Notes under the pieces: model-generated
Seen by the model: the letters and a program-made list of their open reading frames with translations, nothing else
What the model was told of the DNA's origin: nothing
Databases searched by the model: none
Part shown: positions 40,016-53,827 of the stretch, piece after piece
Layout of the letters: each line of letters opens with the position of its first letter
Numbering within the stretch: the stretch's first letter is position 1
Origin: Eledone cirrhosa
Taxonomy: Eukaryota
Reading direction: 5' to 3'
Length of the DNA: 64,000 bases
Assembly (NCBI GenBank): GCA_964016885.1
Contig: OZ024742.1
Coordinates: 32,116,001 to 32,180,000 of the forward strand
Made by a program: the position numbers and the translations under genes

Positions 40016-40985
40016 ACAATATAACTAGCAGCAACAATAAGAACAAGAATAACATTTGTAACAAAAGCCTTAAAGTATTTTGGAGGGGAAGATTCTTCTC
40101 ACCACCCCTACCTCTCAAGTAAAGAATTTTATTTTCAAAAGATAAATGAATATGAGAAAGAAAAATAAAAGCAAAAGTAAGTAAAGAGAAAATGGGGAAG
40201 GGGTAAGGAAGGGCAGATCTGGCTGTAGGGGAAAGTAGAGGAAAGAATTATGAAAGCCATAAATGAGAGGAAGAGGAGGGGAAAAGCAAGGATTCTAGGG
40301 CCACAGAAGAAAGAGAGGGGGAAGGGTGGAGTGTGATAGGCTCTGGGCCAAGGGCACGACGGTGTTTGGGCTGCACCCCGCGGACATTGACCACAAAAGT
40401 ATTAAGGAGTAAACGAATCTATTTCGGGGGTCTTTCACAGATATACGATAGTATACTAAGATAGTAGAACAAGACAACCCCTTGTCTATGGAAGTGTCGA
40501 TGTTTCAAAACAACATATAATAATTTACTTTTGACTTTACAATCTATATCACTTTATTTTATCTTGTCTTTATTTTGTTTATTTTGTTTTTGTTCTGTTT
40601 TATTTTATTTTTGTTTGCATTTTTTCTATCCACTTTCCTTTCTTTTTTCCCATTAGCTATCGTGGGTTGTCATCAAAGGTGACTAGATGGGCAGTCTGGA
40701 ATGTTTTCCCTCGGGCTTTGTATATTTTACACGTATGATGTAAAATTTGGCTCTCTATCTATGAAGCCTTTGTATGTATTTGTATAATCTATATTTGGAT
40801 AATCACACACACACATACATCCATACATATATACGCCTACACACACACGAACACACACAGACTATCTCCAGACACCTCCGCTAAGTAGCATGTATCGAGT
40901 AAGTCAATCTTAAGTCTGTCTACATAAAAGTAAAATAAAAACTTAACACAAACACGCGTTTATTTTCCGATATGAACATTTCAGG

Positions 40986-41068
<83 letters not shown>

Positions 41069-41073
41069 GATAC

Positions 41074-41120
<47 letters not shown>

Positions 41121-41121
<1 letters not shown>

Positions 41122-41198
41122 CAGGGTGTCCAAAAAATGTATGCACACTTTGATTAGAATGCTGTTGGAGTGTGCATATATTTTGGGGACACCCTGTA
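41121..41198. mobile_element. Tc1/mariner-type MITE
   Basis: TIRs cagggtgtcc...gcacact / agtgtgc...ggacaccctg in a TA context. A related end lies at 26001-26013. Confidence 0.75.
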
Positions 41199-41532
41199 TA
41201 TATATATACATATTTCGGAAGTACTGCCTATCTTTAGAATTCCAGTCGAATTATCAAGTTTAAAAACTGGCACCACATCACTCCTTAAAAAGTACAAATA
41301 AAAAAATAAGGAAGTAAAATAAAATGGAACAAAAAATAGCAAAAACTGAACAAAACTAACAAAATCAAATTGGAAACATTTCATAAAATACCCAGAAAGT
41401 TAACAAAGGTTATTTTTTTCTACAAAGCAGATCACTGGTGCCATATTTGTCCAGGATAACCCGCACTGGCCTTTGTGTCAAAGGTGCGCTAAAAAACCGT
41501 TAATGTTTGGTTAAAAGGTATTAAAAAGATAA

Positions 41533-41710
41533 TAATTGTTTCTACGTTTGGCACAAGGCCAGCAATTACTACTACATTACTGGTACTTTATTTTATCGAC
41601 CCCGTAAGGATGAAAGGCAAAGTTAACCTCGACGGGATTTGAACTCTGACCGTAAAGGCACGTAACTATGTTAGAAAGCATGGCGTCCAACCCTCTACCG
41701 ATACTGCCAA
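41533..41710 (-). mobile_element. SINE (family A)
   Basis: Homologous to 24572-24761. Confidence 0.85.
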
Positions 41711-41754
41711 ATCAAAAAGATAATAACGAGCAAACATTGGTTAAGTGTCATATA

Positions 41755-43163
41755 TTGTTACTAAAACATTGGTTAGATGTTATATATTGTTACTTTAACA
41801 CTAGTTAGATGTCATTGTTACTATAACACTAGTTAGGTGTCATTGTTACTATAAAACTAGTTATATGTCATTGTTACTATAAAACTAGTTAGGTGTCATT
41901 GTTACTATAACACTAGTTAGGTGTCATTGTTACTATAACACTAGTTAGGTGTCATTGTTACTATAAAACTAGTTAGGTGTCATTGTTACTATAACACTAG
42001 TTAGGTGTCATTGTTACTATAAAACTAGTTATATGTCATTGTTACTATAACACTAGTTAGGTGTCATTGTTACTATAACACTAGTTAGGTGTCATTGTTA
42101 CTATAAAACTAGTTAGGTGTCATTGTTACTATAAAACTAGTTAGGTGTCATTGTTACTATAACACTAGTTAGGTGTCATTGTTACTATAAAACTAGTTAT
42201 ATGTCATTGTTACTATAACACTAGTTAGGTGTCATTGTTACTATAAAACTAGTTATATGTCATTGTTACTATAAAACTAGTTAGGTGTCATTGTTACTAT
42301 AACACTAGTTAGGTGTCATTGTTACTATAACACTAGTTAGGTGTCATTGTTACTATAAAACTAGTTAGGTGTCATTGTTACTATAACACTAGTTAGGTGT
42401 CATTGTTACTATAAAACTAGTTATATGTCATTGTTACTATAACACTAGTTAGGTGTCATTGTTACTATAACACTAGTTAGGTGTCATTGTTACTATAAAA
42501 CTAGTTAGGTGTCATTGTTACTATAACACTAGTTAGGTGTCATTGTTACTATAAAACTAGTTATATGTCATTGTTACTATAACACTAGTTAGGTGTCATT
42601 GTTACTATAAAACTAGTTATATGTCATTGTTACTATAACTCTAGTTAGATGTCATTGTTACTTTAACACTAGTTAGGTGTCGTTGTTACTATAACTCTAG
42701 TTAGATGTCATTGTTACTTTAACACTAGTTAGGTGTTATATATTGTTACTTTAACACTAGTTAGGTGTTATATATTGTTACTTTAACACTAGTTAGGTGT
42801 TATATATTGTTACTTTAACACTAGTTAGGTGTTATATATTGTTACTTTAACACTAGTTAGGTGTTATATATTGTTACTTTAACACTAGTTAGGTGTTATA
42901 TATTGTTACTTTAACACTAGTTAGGTGTTATATATTGTTACTTTAACACTAGTTAGGTGTTATATATTGTTACTTTAACACTAGTTAGGTGTTATATATT
43001 GTTACTTTAACACTAGTTAGGTGTTATATATTGTTACTTTAACACTAGTTAGGTGTTATATATTGTTACTTTAACACTAGTTAGGTGTTATATATTGTTA
43101 CTTTAACACTAGTTAGGTGTTATATATTGTTACTATAACACTAGTTAGATGTTATATATTGTT
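41755..43163. repeat. Minisatellite: 28-bp units switching to 32-bp units
   Basis: cattgttactataacactagttaggtgt to ~42735, then tattgttactttaacactagttaggtgttata. Confidence 0.95.
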
Positions 43164-43361
43164 GGCCCGCCATGAGTGAAAAGGGGAGGGGGGTGACCGG
43201 TTTGTATGGTTCTACGATTTGGGGGTTCGTGCACCTTTCACAAGTTCTTCTTTTGTTCTGTTACCTACAACTATAACCCATACATTAATCATATGTATCT
43301 AGCACTGGTTAGTAAAGTACTTAATGAACCAATATCATTGAGTCGCGGGATAATTGTTTAA

Positions 43362-43655
43362 AGCTTCTTCTTCTTCGCCCAGTTATTCCTGAGAGGGTCG
43401 TGGGGGCAGAGTCCTGAAACACTCCTTCCAGCAGGCCCTGCCAGAAGCAACCGTCTCCAACTGATCCCGCTGGATCCCCAAGCGTCAACAGCCAAGATCA
43501 TGGATATTATCCAACCATCTTGTTCGGGGTCTACCCCTGGGTCTCCTGGCGGTTGGTTTTGTTCGTAAAATCTGTCCAGCGATTCTTTCCTGAGACATTC
43601 TAACCACATGCCCATAGTATCGGAGGTGTGATCTCTCAATTCAGAGAAGTAGTGG
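43362..43655 (-). mobile_element. RTE-type LINE 3' end, 5'-truncated
   Basis: Minus strand encodes approximately GHVVRMSQERIAGQILRTKPTARRPRGRPRTRWLD; (GAA)n tail. Confidence 0.7.
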
Positions 43656-43843
43656 TTCTACCTGGATTGACTGTCTATAGCAATATAATGTCAAGAGATT
43701 GGAAGACCAAACAATCCGTTAAGGAATTAAACCGTCTTTTATTCATGAATTTTTCAGTCTACAAGACTTGCATCAGTGGGCATAATATCTTATATTTTAC
43801 TGAACTGTAATTGTTCTTAGCTGCTTGACTTAATGTTCTCAGC

Positions 43844-46800
43844 TTAACCCTTTCGTTACCATATTTCTAATGAAAGGCACTGCCTATGTCATTAACCCTT
43901 TCGTTACCATATTTCTAATGAAAGACACTGCCTATGTCATTAACCCTTTCATTACCATATTTCTAATGAAAGACACTGCCTATGTCATTAACCCTTTCAT
44001 TACCATATTTCTAATGAAAGACACTGCCTATGTCATTAACCCTTTCATTACCATATTTCTAATGAAAGGCACTGCCTATGTCATTAACCCTTTCATTACT
44101 ATATTTCTAATGAAAGACACTATCTATGTCATTAACCCTTTCGTTACCATATTTCTAATGAAAGGCACTGCCTATGTCATTAACCCTTTCATTACTATAT
44201 TTCTAATGAAAGACACTATCTATGTCATTAACCCTTTCGTTACCATATTTCTAATGAAAGGCACTGCCTATGTCATTAACCCTTTCATTACCATATTTCT
44301 AATGAAAGACACTATCTATGTCATTAACCCTTTCATTACCATATTTCTAATGAAAGGCACTGCCTATGCCATTAACCCTTTCATTACCATATTTCTAATG
44401 AAAGACACTATCTATGTCATTAACCCTTTCATTACCATATTTCTAATGAAAGGCACTGCCTATGCCATTAACCCTTTCATTACCATATTTCTAATGAAAG
44501 ACACTGCCTATGTCATTAACCCTTTCATTACTATATTTCTAATGAAAGGCACTGTCTATGTCATTAACCCTTTCGTTACCATATTTCTAATGAAAGGCAC
44601 TGCCTATGTCATTAACCCTTTCGTTACCATATTTCTAATGAAAGGCACTGCCTATGCCATTAACCCTTTCATTACCATATTTCTAATGAAAGACACTGCC
44701 TATGTCATTAACCCTTTCATTACCATATTTCTAATGAAAGGCACTGCCTATGCCATTAACCCTTTCATTACCATATTTCTAATGAAAGACACTGCCTATG
44801 TCATTAACCCTTTCATTACTATATTTCTAATGAAAGGCACTACCTATGTCATTAACGCTTTCATTACCATATTTCTAATGAAAGGCACTGTCTATGTCAT
44901 TAACCCTTTCGTTACCATATTTCTAATGAAAGGCACTGTCTATGTCATTAACCCTTTCGTTACCATATTTCTAATGAAAGACACTGCCTATGTCATTAAC
45001 CCTTTCGTTACCATATTTCTAATGAAAGACACTGCCTATGTCATTAACCCTTTCGTTACCATATTTCTAATGAAAGGCACTGCCTATGTCATTAACCCTT
45101 TCGTTACCATATTTCTAATGAAAGACACTACATATGTCATTAACCCTTTCATTACCATATTTCTAATGAAAGACACTGCCTATGTCATTAACCCTTTCGT
45201 TACCATATTTCTAATGAAAGACACTGCCTATGTCATTAACCCTTTCATTACCATATTTCTAATGAAAGACACTACATATGTCATTAACCCTTTCATTACC
45301 ATATTTCTAATGAAAGGCACTGCCTATGTCATTAACCCTTTCGTTACCATATTTCTAATGAAAGACACTGCCTATGTCATTAACCCTTTCATTACCATAT
45401 TTCTAATGAAAGGCACTGCCTATGTCATTAACCCTTTCGTTACCATATTTCTAATGAAAGACACTGCCTATGTCATTAACCCTTTCGTTACCATATTTCT
45501 AATGAAAGACACTACATATGTCATTAACCCTTTCATTACCATATTTCTAATGAAAGACACTGCCTATGTCATTAACCCTTTCGTTACCATATTTCTAATG
45601 AAAGACACTGCCTATGTCATTAACCCTTTCATTACCATATTTCTAATGAAAGACACTACATATGTCATTAACCCTCTCATTACCATATTTCTAATGAAAG
45701 GCACTGCCTATGTCTTTAACCCTTTCATTACCATATTTCTAATGAAAGACACTACATATGTCATTAACCCTTTCGTTACCATATTTCTAATGAAAGACAC
45801 TACATATGTCATTAACCCTTTCGTTACCATATTTCTAATGAAAGACACTGCCTATGTCATTAACCCTTTCATTACCATATTTCTAATGAAAGACACTACC
45901 TATGTCATTAACCCTTTCATTACCATATTTCTAATGAAAGACACTACATATGTCATTAACCCTTTCGTTACCATATTTCTAATGAAAGACACTGCCTATG
46001 TCATTAACCCTTTCATTACCATATTTCTAATGAAAGACACTGCCTATGTCATTAACCCTTTCATTACCATATTTCTAATGAAAGACACTGCCTATGTCAT
46101 TAACCCTTTCATTACCATATTTCTAATGAAAGGCACTGCCTATGTCATTAACCCTTTCATTACCATATTTCTAATGAAAGGCACTGTCTATGTCATTAAC
46201 CCTTTCATTACCATATTTCTAATGAAAGGCACTGCCTATGTCATTAACCCTTTCGTTACCATATTTCTAATGAAAGGCACTGCCTATGTCATTAACCCTT
46301 TCGTTACCATATTTCTAATGAAAGACACTACATATGTCATTAACCCTTTCATTACCATATTTCTAATGAAAGACACTGCCTATGTCATTAACCCTTTCGT
46401 TACCATATTTCTAATGAAAGACACTGCCTATGTCATTAACCCTTTCATTACCATATTTCTAATGAAAGACACTACATATGTCATTAACCCTTTCATTACC
46501 ATATTTCTAATGAAAGGCACTGCCTATGTCATTAACCCTTTCGTTACCATATTTCTAATGAAAGACACTGCCTATGTCATTAACCCTTTCATTACCATAT
46601 TTCTAATGAAAGACACTGCCTATGTCATTAATCCTTTCATTACCATATTTCTAATGAAAGGCACTGTCTATGCCATTAACCCTTTCATTACCATATTTCT
46701 AATGAAAGACACTGCCTATGTCATTAACCCTTTCATTACCATATTTCTAATGAAAGACACTGCCTATGTCATTAACCCTTTCATTACCATATTTCTAATG

Positions 46801-46959
46801 AAAGGCACTGCCTATGTCATTAACCCTTTCATTACCATATTTCTAATGAAAGGCACTGCCTATGTCATTAACCCTTTCGTTACCATATTTCTAATGAAAG
46901 GCACTGCCTATGTCATTAACCCTTTCGTTACCATATTTCTAATGAAAGACACTGCCTAT
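43844..46959. repeat. 48-bp minisatellite (~65 units), each starting TTAACCCTTT
   Basis: Unit ttaaccctttcRttaccatatttctaatgaaagRcactgcctatgtca. Confidence 0.97.
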
Positions 46960-47148
46960 AATTTTTAAATAATTTAGAGAAGAATTTGGAGGGATTTAGT
47001 AAGATAACTTATTTCTTTATTATTAAACATTCTCTCGGGTCGATTTCACTCCTAGTCTCTCTCTATCTATCTATCTACCCATCTATCTATATCTTTCTCT
47101 CTCTCTCTTTCTATCTATCTATATCTTTCTCACTCGCTCTTTCTCTAC

Positions 47149-47243
<95 letters not shown>

Positions 47244-47246
<3 letters not shown>

Positions 47247-47428
47247 CGAAGGAAATGTGGTAAGGAACCAGGTGGACCATAACGCACCAAAGTACTCAAT
47301 ACTTAGGGTAGTAGAGTGGGTAATAGGAACAAGTAAGACCCCGACGGCTGAGCTCAAGCCGTTTCGACGGCTAATTCAGAATTAGCCGTCGAAACGGCTT
47401 GAGCTCAGCCGTCGGGGTCTTACTTGTT

Positions 47429-47432
<4 letters not shown>
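47244..47432 (-). mobile_element. Fold-back element, perfect 54-bp arms plus 80-bp tail
   Basis: Arms 47324-47377 and 47379-47432, 1-nt loop; (TA)n on both sides. Confidence 0.88.
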
Positions 47433-47495
<63 letters not shown>

Positions 47496-47496
47496 A

Positions 47497-48340
47497 CACC
47501 AAAATCAACATACTGATTGCGGATTTGGTACGGGTGATGAGAAATGTGTCCCGCATGTGCAACCCCGAAGAACTAGAGAGACACATACAACACTTCATCC
47601 ACCGTATGCAGTTCTCTGGCTACAATCAGAGAGATAGAATCAGAGTGTATAAAGGAGCCAGAACCAAATGGGAAAAAATGGTAAATAATGACATAAATGG
47701 GACCTGCCCCTTGTATAGGAGCAAATTTTGGAATAGAATAGAAAGAACTAAGAACAAGGCCAATAGAATAAACTCATGGTATGATAGCAATAAATACCAG
47801 AGTGTAATGTTCATCAATACAACCCCTAGAGGCGAACTAGCCTACAAATTTAGAAGGGCCCTAAAGAAACATAATCTCAATATTAAGATAGTAGAAAGAC
47901 CTGGTACCTCCGTAAAAACACTTATTAGCAAGACATACCCGTTCCAAAGACCCTCATGTATAGATAAGAAATGTATAACCTGTAAAATAAGCCCCCATAT
48001 TAACTGTAAAACTAGAAATGTAGTATATAGCATAAGATGTACTGAAGGACAATGTAGAAACAAAAATATAGTGTACATAGGTGAGACAGCTCGTAGTATA
48101 GGGGAACGAATAAATGAACACTGGTGAGACCTCCAAGATAGTAAAGAATCATCTGTGATCTACCAACATGCTAAGATAGAACACAGGGGTAAATTAGAGA
48201 GCATAGAAATAAAAATAGAATCCACACACAAGAAAGACGCAATGTTTAGGCAAATTACAGAGGCAGTAAGCATAAAAGAATTAAAACCAAAATTAAATAG
48301 AAAATATGAGTGGAACAGCAACATCACAACTTACAATTAA
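47497..48340 (+). pseudogene. 5'-truncated duplicate of the PLE thumb/GIY-YIG region
   Basis: Near-identical to 51778-52620; CGA>TGA stop at 48125-48127. Confidence 0.9.
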
Positions 48341-48637
48341 GGACAAAATGAAAACACACACACACATAGAACAAACAACTTACAATTGAAAACACACACA
48401 AAATGAAAACACAAACAAGACAAAATGAAAACACACACACACATAGAAGAAACAACCAACCAACAATAAATAAATAAATAAACAAACAAATATAAATAGA
48501 AAAATAGAAAAATGAACACAAACACACACAGACACCCGGATGTGACGCATGCGCAAACTGAGCACGCAACCCACACACAAACAAAATGGCGTAGGATAGA
48601 AGAAAGGAAAGGCACAGAAACGAAGAAAGAAATCCCC

Positions 48638-48682
48638 AGTCACTGAAGAGGTCACAGAGTGTGTGACGAAAGAACTATGACT
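48638..48682 (+). ncRNA. Minimal type I hammerhead ribozyme in pLTR
   Basis: AGTCA-CTGAAGA-G-GTCACA gagtg TGTGAC-GAAA-GAAC-TA-TGACT. Confidence 0.85.
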
Positions 48683-48812
48683 ATATATATAAACAACTAT
48701 CTGGTTGTGGAACCAACCAACCAACCAGAAATTTATAAATTTGTAAATTTATAAATATATATTAAATTAAATTGAAGTGAAACAACTGGTGCGTGTGTTT
48801 CTTATTGGCAAC

Positions 48813-51800
48813 ATGACCCTCCCAAAGTATAACAATATCGGTTTCAACACACGATTTCAGATAAAGAATCTTGCTAAACAAATTCAGAAACGAAATATCG
48901 TAAGCCTTAGCCAGGCTAACAAGATACTGAAAACCACCATGTTCTGTTGTCTACGAAAAACCATAACATCTCGACAACTACACTTCATAAAACTGTGCAC
49001 CACTTCTAGAATCTACACCAACACCATCAATACCGACGTTAGAAGATTACAACTCACCAAAAAACAAGCAGATAGGTTAAAACGAACTTTAATTCTAAAC
49101 ATAAAAAAGAAGATCTATAGAGAATTAAGTCATCAAGAAAAACTAAAGCGTAATCTAATAGATGAAATATCTAAAATCACCACACCAGCAGAAAAACTAA
49201 CATTTATAAGCCTTATACGCCCCGAAGAACAGTACATTACTCAAGAATGTAATAAGCACTTTAACAGAAAATTAAAGTGGCTTAAACAGGCAAAGCTAAA
49301 TCGGGATACTATAGAGTATACCAATAGATATCCCGACAAAATTGACGGTATCAACATGGCCGACACCTCATTATCTGAAGAGTTCAACAATGAAAATACC
49401 AACATTTATGGAAACACGGAAATAGATAATAATGAAATGTCTGTGTTACGTCTGCCACCCAAATTTGCGACATTCAAGAAGGTAAATATGATTAGTTGTC
49501 TGTCAGAAATAGAAAAATCATTTACGAAACTACGCTGGAGCATCAAAAACAAAAACAAAAGCAACAATATACGCACACACATATACAACACACATCCCAA
49601 CAACAACAGACACACAGACACAAACAACAATAACAACAACAATAGCAACATACCCAGATACAACACCAACAATAGCAACATACCCAGATACAACAGACAC
49701 GCAGACACAAACAAGAATAACAACACACACGGAGACAACAATAACAACAACACACACATCAACAACAACAACAACAGCAACATACCCAGATACAACAACA
49801 ACAGACACGCAAACACAAACAACAATAACAACACACACAACAACGATAACACACACACACACGGAGACAACAACACACATCAACAACAACACACATCAAC
49901 AACAACAACACACACACATTCAATGCCTCTCACCACCACTACAATCTTAACAAACACACAGACACAGAAAACAAGTAATGACAGTAGCACAGAAATCAGA
50001 GAAATAAGAGAAAGTAATAGGATTAAAAGGAGAAGGGAGACTAAGGACAAAGAGAATAACCAAGACGAACACACAGACACACAAAATAGGGTAGATAACA
50101 ACATTGAGCCAGTGGAAAGAGACAGGAGTAATTATGAGAGACATAGAAACAACCATGAAGCTGAGGCTGCTGCTGTTGGTGGAAATAGAAACAACACAAC
50201 TAACAATAGCACTAGTACACATAAAGCAGCAGCCTGGAACTCTCCGTTTTATAACCCCTCCGATAAATCATTCGACCTACGACGAGTCCACGCCACGACT
50301 TTGCCATTTAACAAACGCACGCAGTTGCCGTCGCAGGTCGATGAACAAACAGAAGCACAATTTAGTATAGCTAAATCCGAACTTAGAAATATTATAGAAC
50401 AGTATAGCAAGAAGCATAATAGAATAGAGGCCCAGCAACTGGGAGAAGAATCTGCAAATGGCTTGCGTAAGCTCATGCAGCGCTCACGTAATGGAGAGAT
50501 AGCATGCTTTCCAACAGACAAGTCTGGCAGAATGTCGGTTGACAGCCTGCCAAACTACATCCAGGCAATGCAACCCCACATCACTAACACAAGAGAGGTA
50601 ACACCACAGGAGCATGAGGATAGAGAAAAAAACCCTCAATGCCCATATGGTGATGTGGACAAATATAATGCAGCCCAACAAAAGGACTGCCAACAACTTC
50701 CAGGCCTGGAACAATGACGTGCCGGCGTTGTATGGGCTTCGAAAAGACCATAAAACGGGCTGGGACCCTGTCGCGGGACCACCAACACGGCCAGTCTGTG
50801 GGGCTAACATTGCTAGTAACTACAGACTGTCCTACTTCCTCTCCCTGATCATACGCCCCATCATTGAGATGTCCCCAGATGTGTGTGACAGCACGGAGGA
50901 CCTCCTCAGCAGAATCGGCGCGGGTAACCGATCTGGGGACCTAACAAACTGCATAATAGGCAGTATGGATGTTGTGTCCCTGTATCCATCTATTGACGTG
51001 GATTTTGCTGTGGAGAAATGCGTCGAAATGATCAGCGAGAGCAAGGTTGAGTTCCGTGGGATTGATACCAGTGAGCTGGGACTTCTACTTAAGCTTACCC
51101 ATAGTAATAGTTACCTAGACACTTATGACCTTAGCAACCTGTGCCCTACAAGACCAGCAAGAGGCAGACCACCTACCATTACCTCAATGGCCAAGAAAAC
51201 CCACACAGATAGATGGAACGGGTGGACCAGAGCCATACGGACACCCGAAAACCACGATGAACTGAAGAAAATGATTGCACATGCGGTAGGGGCCAGCATA
51301 AAATTAACCCTTAAGGAACATATGTTCAAATTTAATGGTAAAACATATGCCCAAGAGGAAGGAGCAGCCATTGGTGTTAGCATTGCAGGCGACATAGCTA
51401 ACTTGTTCATGGTATGGTGGGACAGTAGACTTAAACAAAAACTTAATGAACAATTAGAAGACAGCTTAACCCTGATAATGTACTCCCGCTACGTAGATGA
51501 TATAAACATCGTAGTTAAGACACCCCCACTAAAGAACAGTCAGGAACCAGAGAAAAACACAATGGAAAGCATCCAGCAAATAGCAAACTCCATCCACCAG
51601 AGCATTAGAGTTACTATAGACTACCCAAGTAGACACCCCAACCATCGATTACCTGTACTAGACACAGAGCTCTGGTTAGATACTATTAACAACCAAAAAC
51701 AAATCCTCCATTCCCATTATGCCAAACCCATGACTTCCAAACATCTGATCCACCGAAACTCGGCCATTTCGGACCATACCAAAATCAACATACTGATTGC

Positions 51801-52620
51801 GGATTTGGTACGGGTGATGAGAAATGTGTCCCGCATGTGCAACCCCGAAGAACTAGAGAGACACATACAACACTTCATCCACCGTATGCAGTTCTCTGGC
51901 TACAATCAGAGAGATAGAATCAGAGTGTATAAAGGAGCCAGAACCAAATGGGAAAAAATGGTAAATAATGACATAAATGGGACCTGCCCCTTGTATAGGA
52001 GCAAATTTTGGAATAGAATAGAAAGAACTAAGAACAAGGCCAATAGAATAAACTCATGGTATGATAGCAATAAATACCAGAGTGTAATGTTCATCAATAC
52101 AACCCCTAGAGGCGAACTAGCCTACAAATTTAGAAGGGCCCTAAAGAAACATAATCTCAATATTAAGATAGTAGAAAGACCTGGTACCTCCGTAAAAACA
52201 CTTATTAGCAAGACATACCCGTTCCAAAGACCCTCATGTATAGATAAGAAATGTATAACCTGTAAAATAAGCCCCCATATTAACTGTAAAACTAGAAATG
52301 TAGTATATAGCATAAGATGTACTGAAGGACAATGTAGAAACAAAAATATAGTGTACATAGGTGAGACAGCTCGTAGTATAGGGGAACGAATAAATGAACA
52401 CTGGCGAGACCTCCAAGATAGTAAAGAATCATCTGTGCTCTACCAACATGCTAAGATAGAACACAGGGGTAAATTAGAGAGCATAGAAATAAAAATAGAA
52501 TCCACACACAAGAAAGACGCAATGTTTAGGCAAATTACAGAGGCAGTAAGCATAAAAGAATTAAAACCAAAATTAAATAGAAAATATGAGTGGAACAGCA
52601 ACATCACAACTTACAATTAA
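48813..52620 (+). CDS. Penelope-like RT / GIY-YIG endonuclease polyprotein with one frameshift (~50630)
   Basis: Motifs SMDVVSLYPSI, YAQEEGAAIGVSIAGDIANLFM, RYVDD, a Cys-rich linker, NVVYSIRC...YIGETARSIGERINEH and RQITEA. The two ORFs join if A7 at ~50626-50632 is A6. Confidence 0.9.
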
Positions 52621-52917
52621 GGACAAAATGAAAACACACACACACATAGAACAAACAACTTACAATTGAAAACACACACAAAATGAAAACACAAACAAGA
52701 CAAAATGAAAACACACACACACATAGAACAAACAACCAACCAACAATAAATAAATAAATAAACAAACAAATATAAATAGAAAAATAGAAAAATGAACACA
52801 AACACACACAGACACCCGGATGTGGCGCATGCGCAAACTGAGCACGCAACCCACACACAAACAAAATGGCGTAGGATAGAAGAAAGGAAAGGCACAGAAA
52901 CGAAGAAAGAAATCCCC

Positions 52918-52962
52918 AGTCACTGAAGAGGTCACAGAGTGTGTGACGAAAGAACTATGACT
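52918..52962 (+). ncRNA. Minimal type I hammerhead ribozyme in 3' pLTR
   Basis: Identical to 48638-48682. Confidence 0.85.
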
Positions 52963-53174
52963 ATATATATATAAACAACTATCTGGTTGTGGAACCAACC
53001 AACCAACCAGAAATTTATAAATTTGTAAATTTATAAATATATATTAAATTAAATTGAAGTGAAACAACTGGTGCGTGTGTTTCTTATTGGCAACATGACC
53101 CTCCCAAAGTATAACAATATCGGTTTCAACACACGATTTCAGATAAAGAATCTTGCTAAACAAATTCAGAAACG

Positions 53175-53229
<55 letters not shown>

Positions 53230-53543
53230 AATAAGGGCGCTGCGGAGTTGCAAATGGGTTAAATATGAAAAAAGTTTGTCCTTCATCAGTGATCTTCCAA
53301 CCATCATAGGCATTTCATCGCTTTAAAGACTATATACCTCCGGTTGGTGCGAGCAACGGCTAAAAAAAGTTGTTGGGACACGTAAATAAAGGGGACGCGA
53401 GTGTAAACAAACAAAATGGTGAAGCAACAGAAAGTGAGGAAGAAGGAGACAAGTGCCAAATTTCTATGAATTTAAATTCGGTGAAATCGTGAACGAGAGA
53501 GAATAAAGACCATCAAACCTGGTTGGAATGTGAGCAAGGAAGG

Positions 53544-53653
<110 letters not shown>

Positions 53654-53687
53654 CCCTGTCTCCCTCTCTCCCTCGTCTCTCTGTCCA

Positions 53688-53720
<33 letters not shown>

Positions 53721-53751
53721 ATCTATCTATCTTTCCATCTCTCTCTCTTTC

Positions 53752-53827
<76 letters not shown>

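Larger units (their letters stand above)
47494..53180 (+). mobile_element. Penelope-like retroelement, partial-tandem structure (4.28-kb unit plus 1.4-kb upstream repeat/pLTR) in (TA)n
   Basis: 47497-48898 is repeated at 51778-53180. RT + GIY-YIG ORF. One hammerhead per repeat. Confidence 0.95.

Noticed and set aside
41755-46959. CRISPR-like arrays
   Set aside because: No unique spacers and no cas genes; eukaryotic context.
43870-46968. 1032-aa repeat protein
   Set aside because: It is exactly coextensive with a 48-bp minisatellite; no unique domain or gene context.
48125-48127. In-frame TGA as possible selenocysteine (as in Naiad PLEs)
   Set aside because: The full copy has CGA (Arg) at this site; simple CpG decay.
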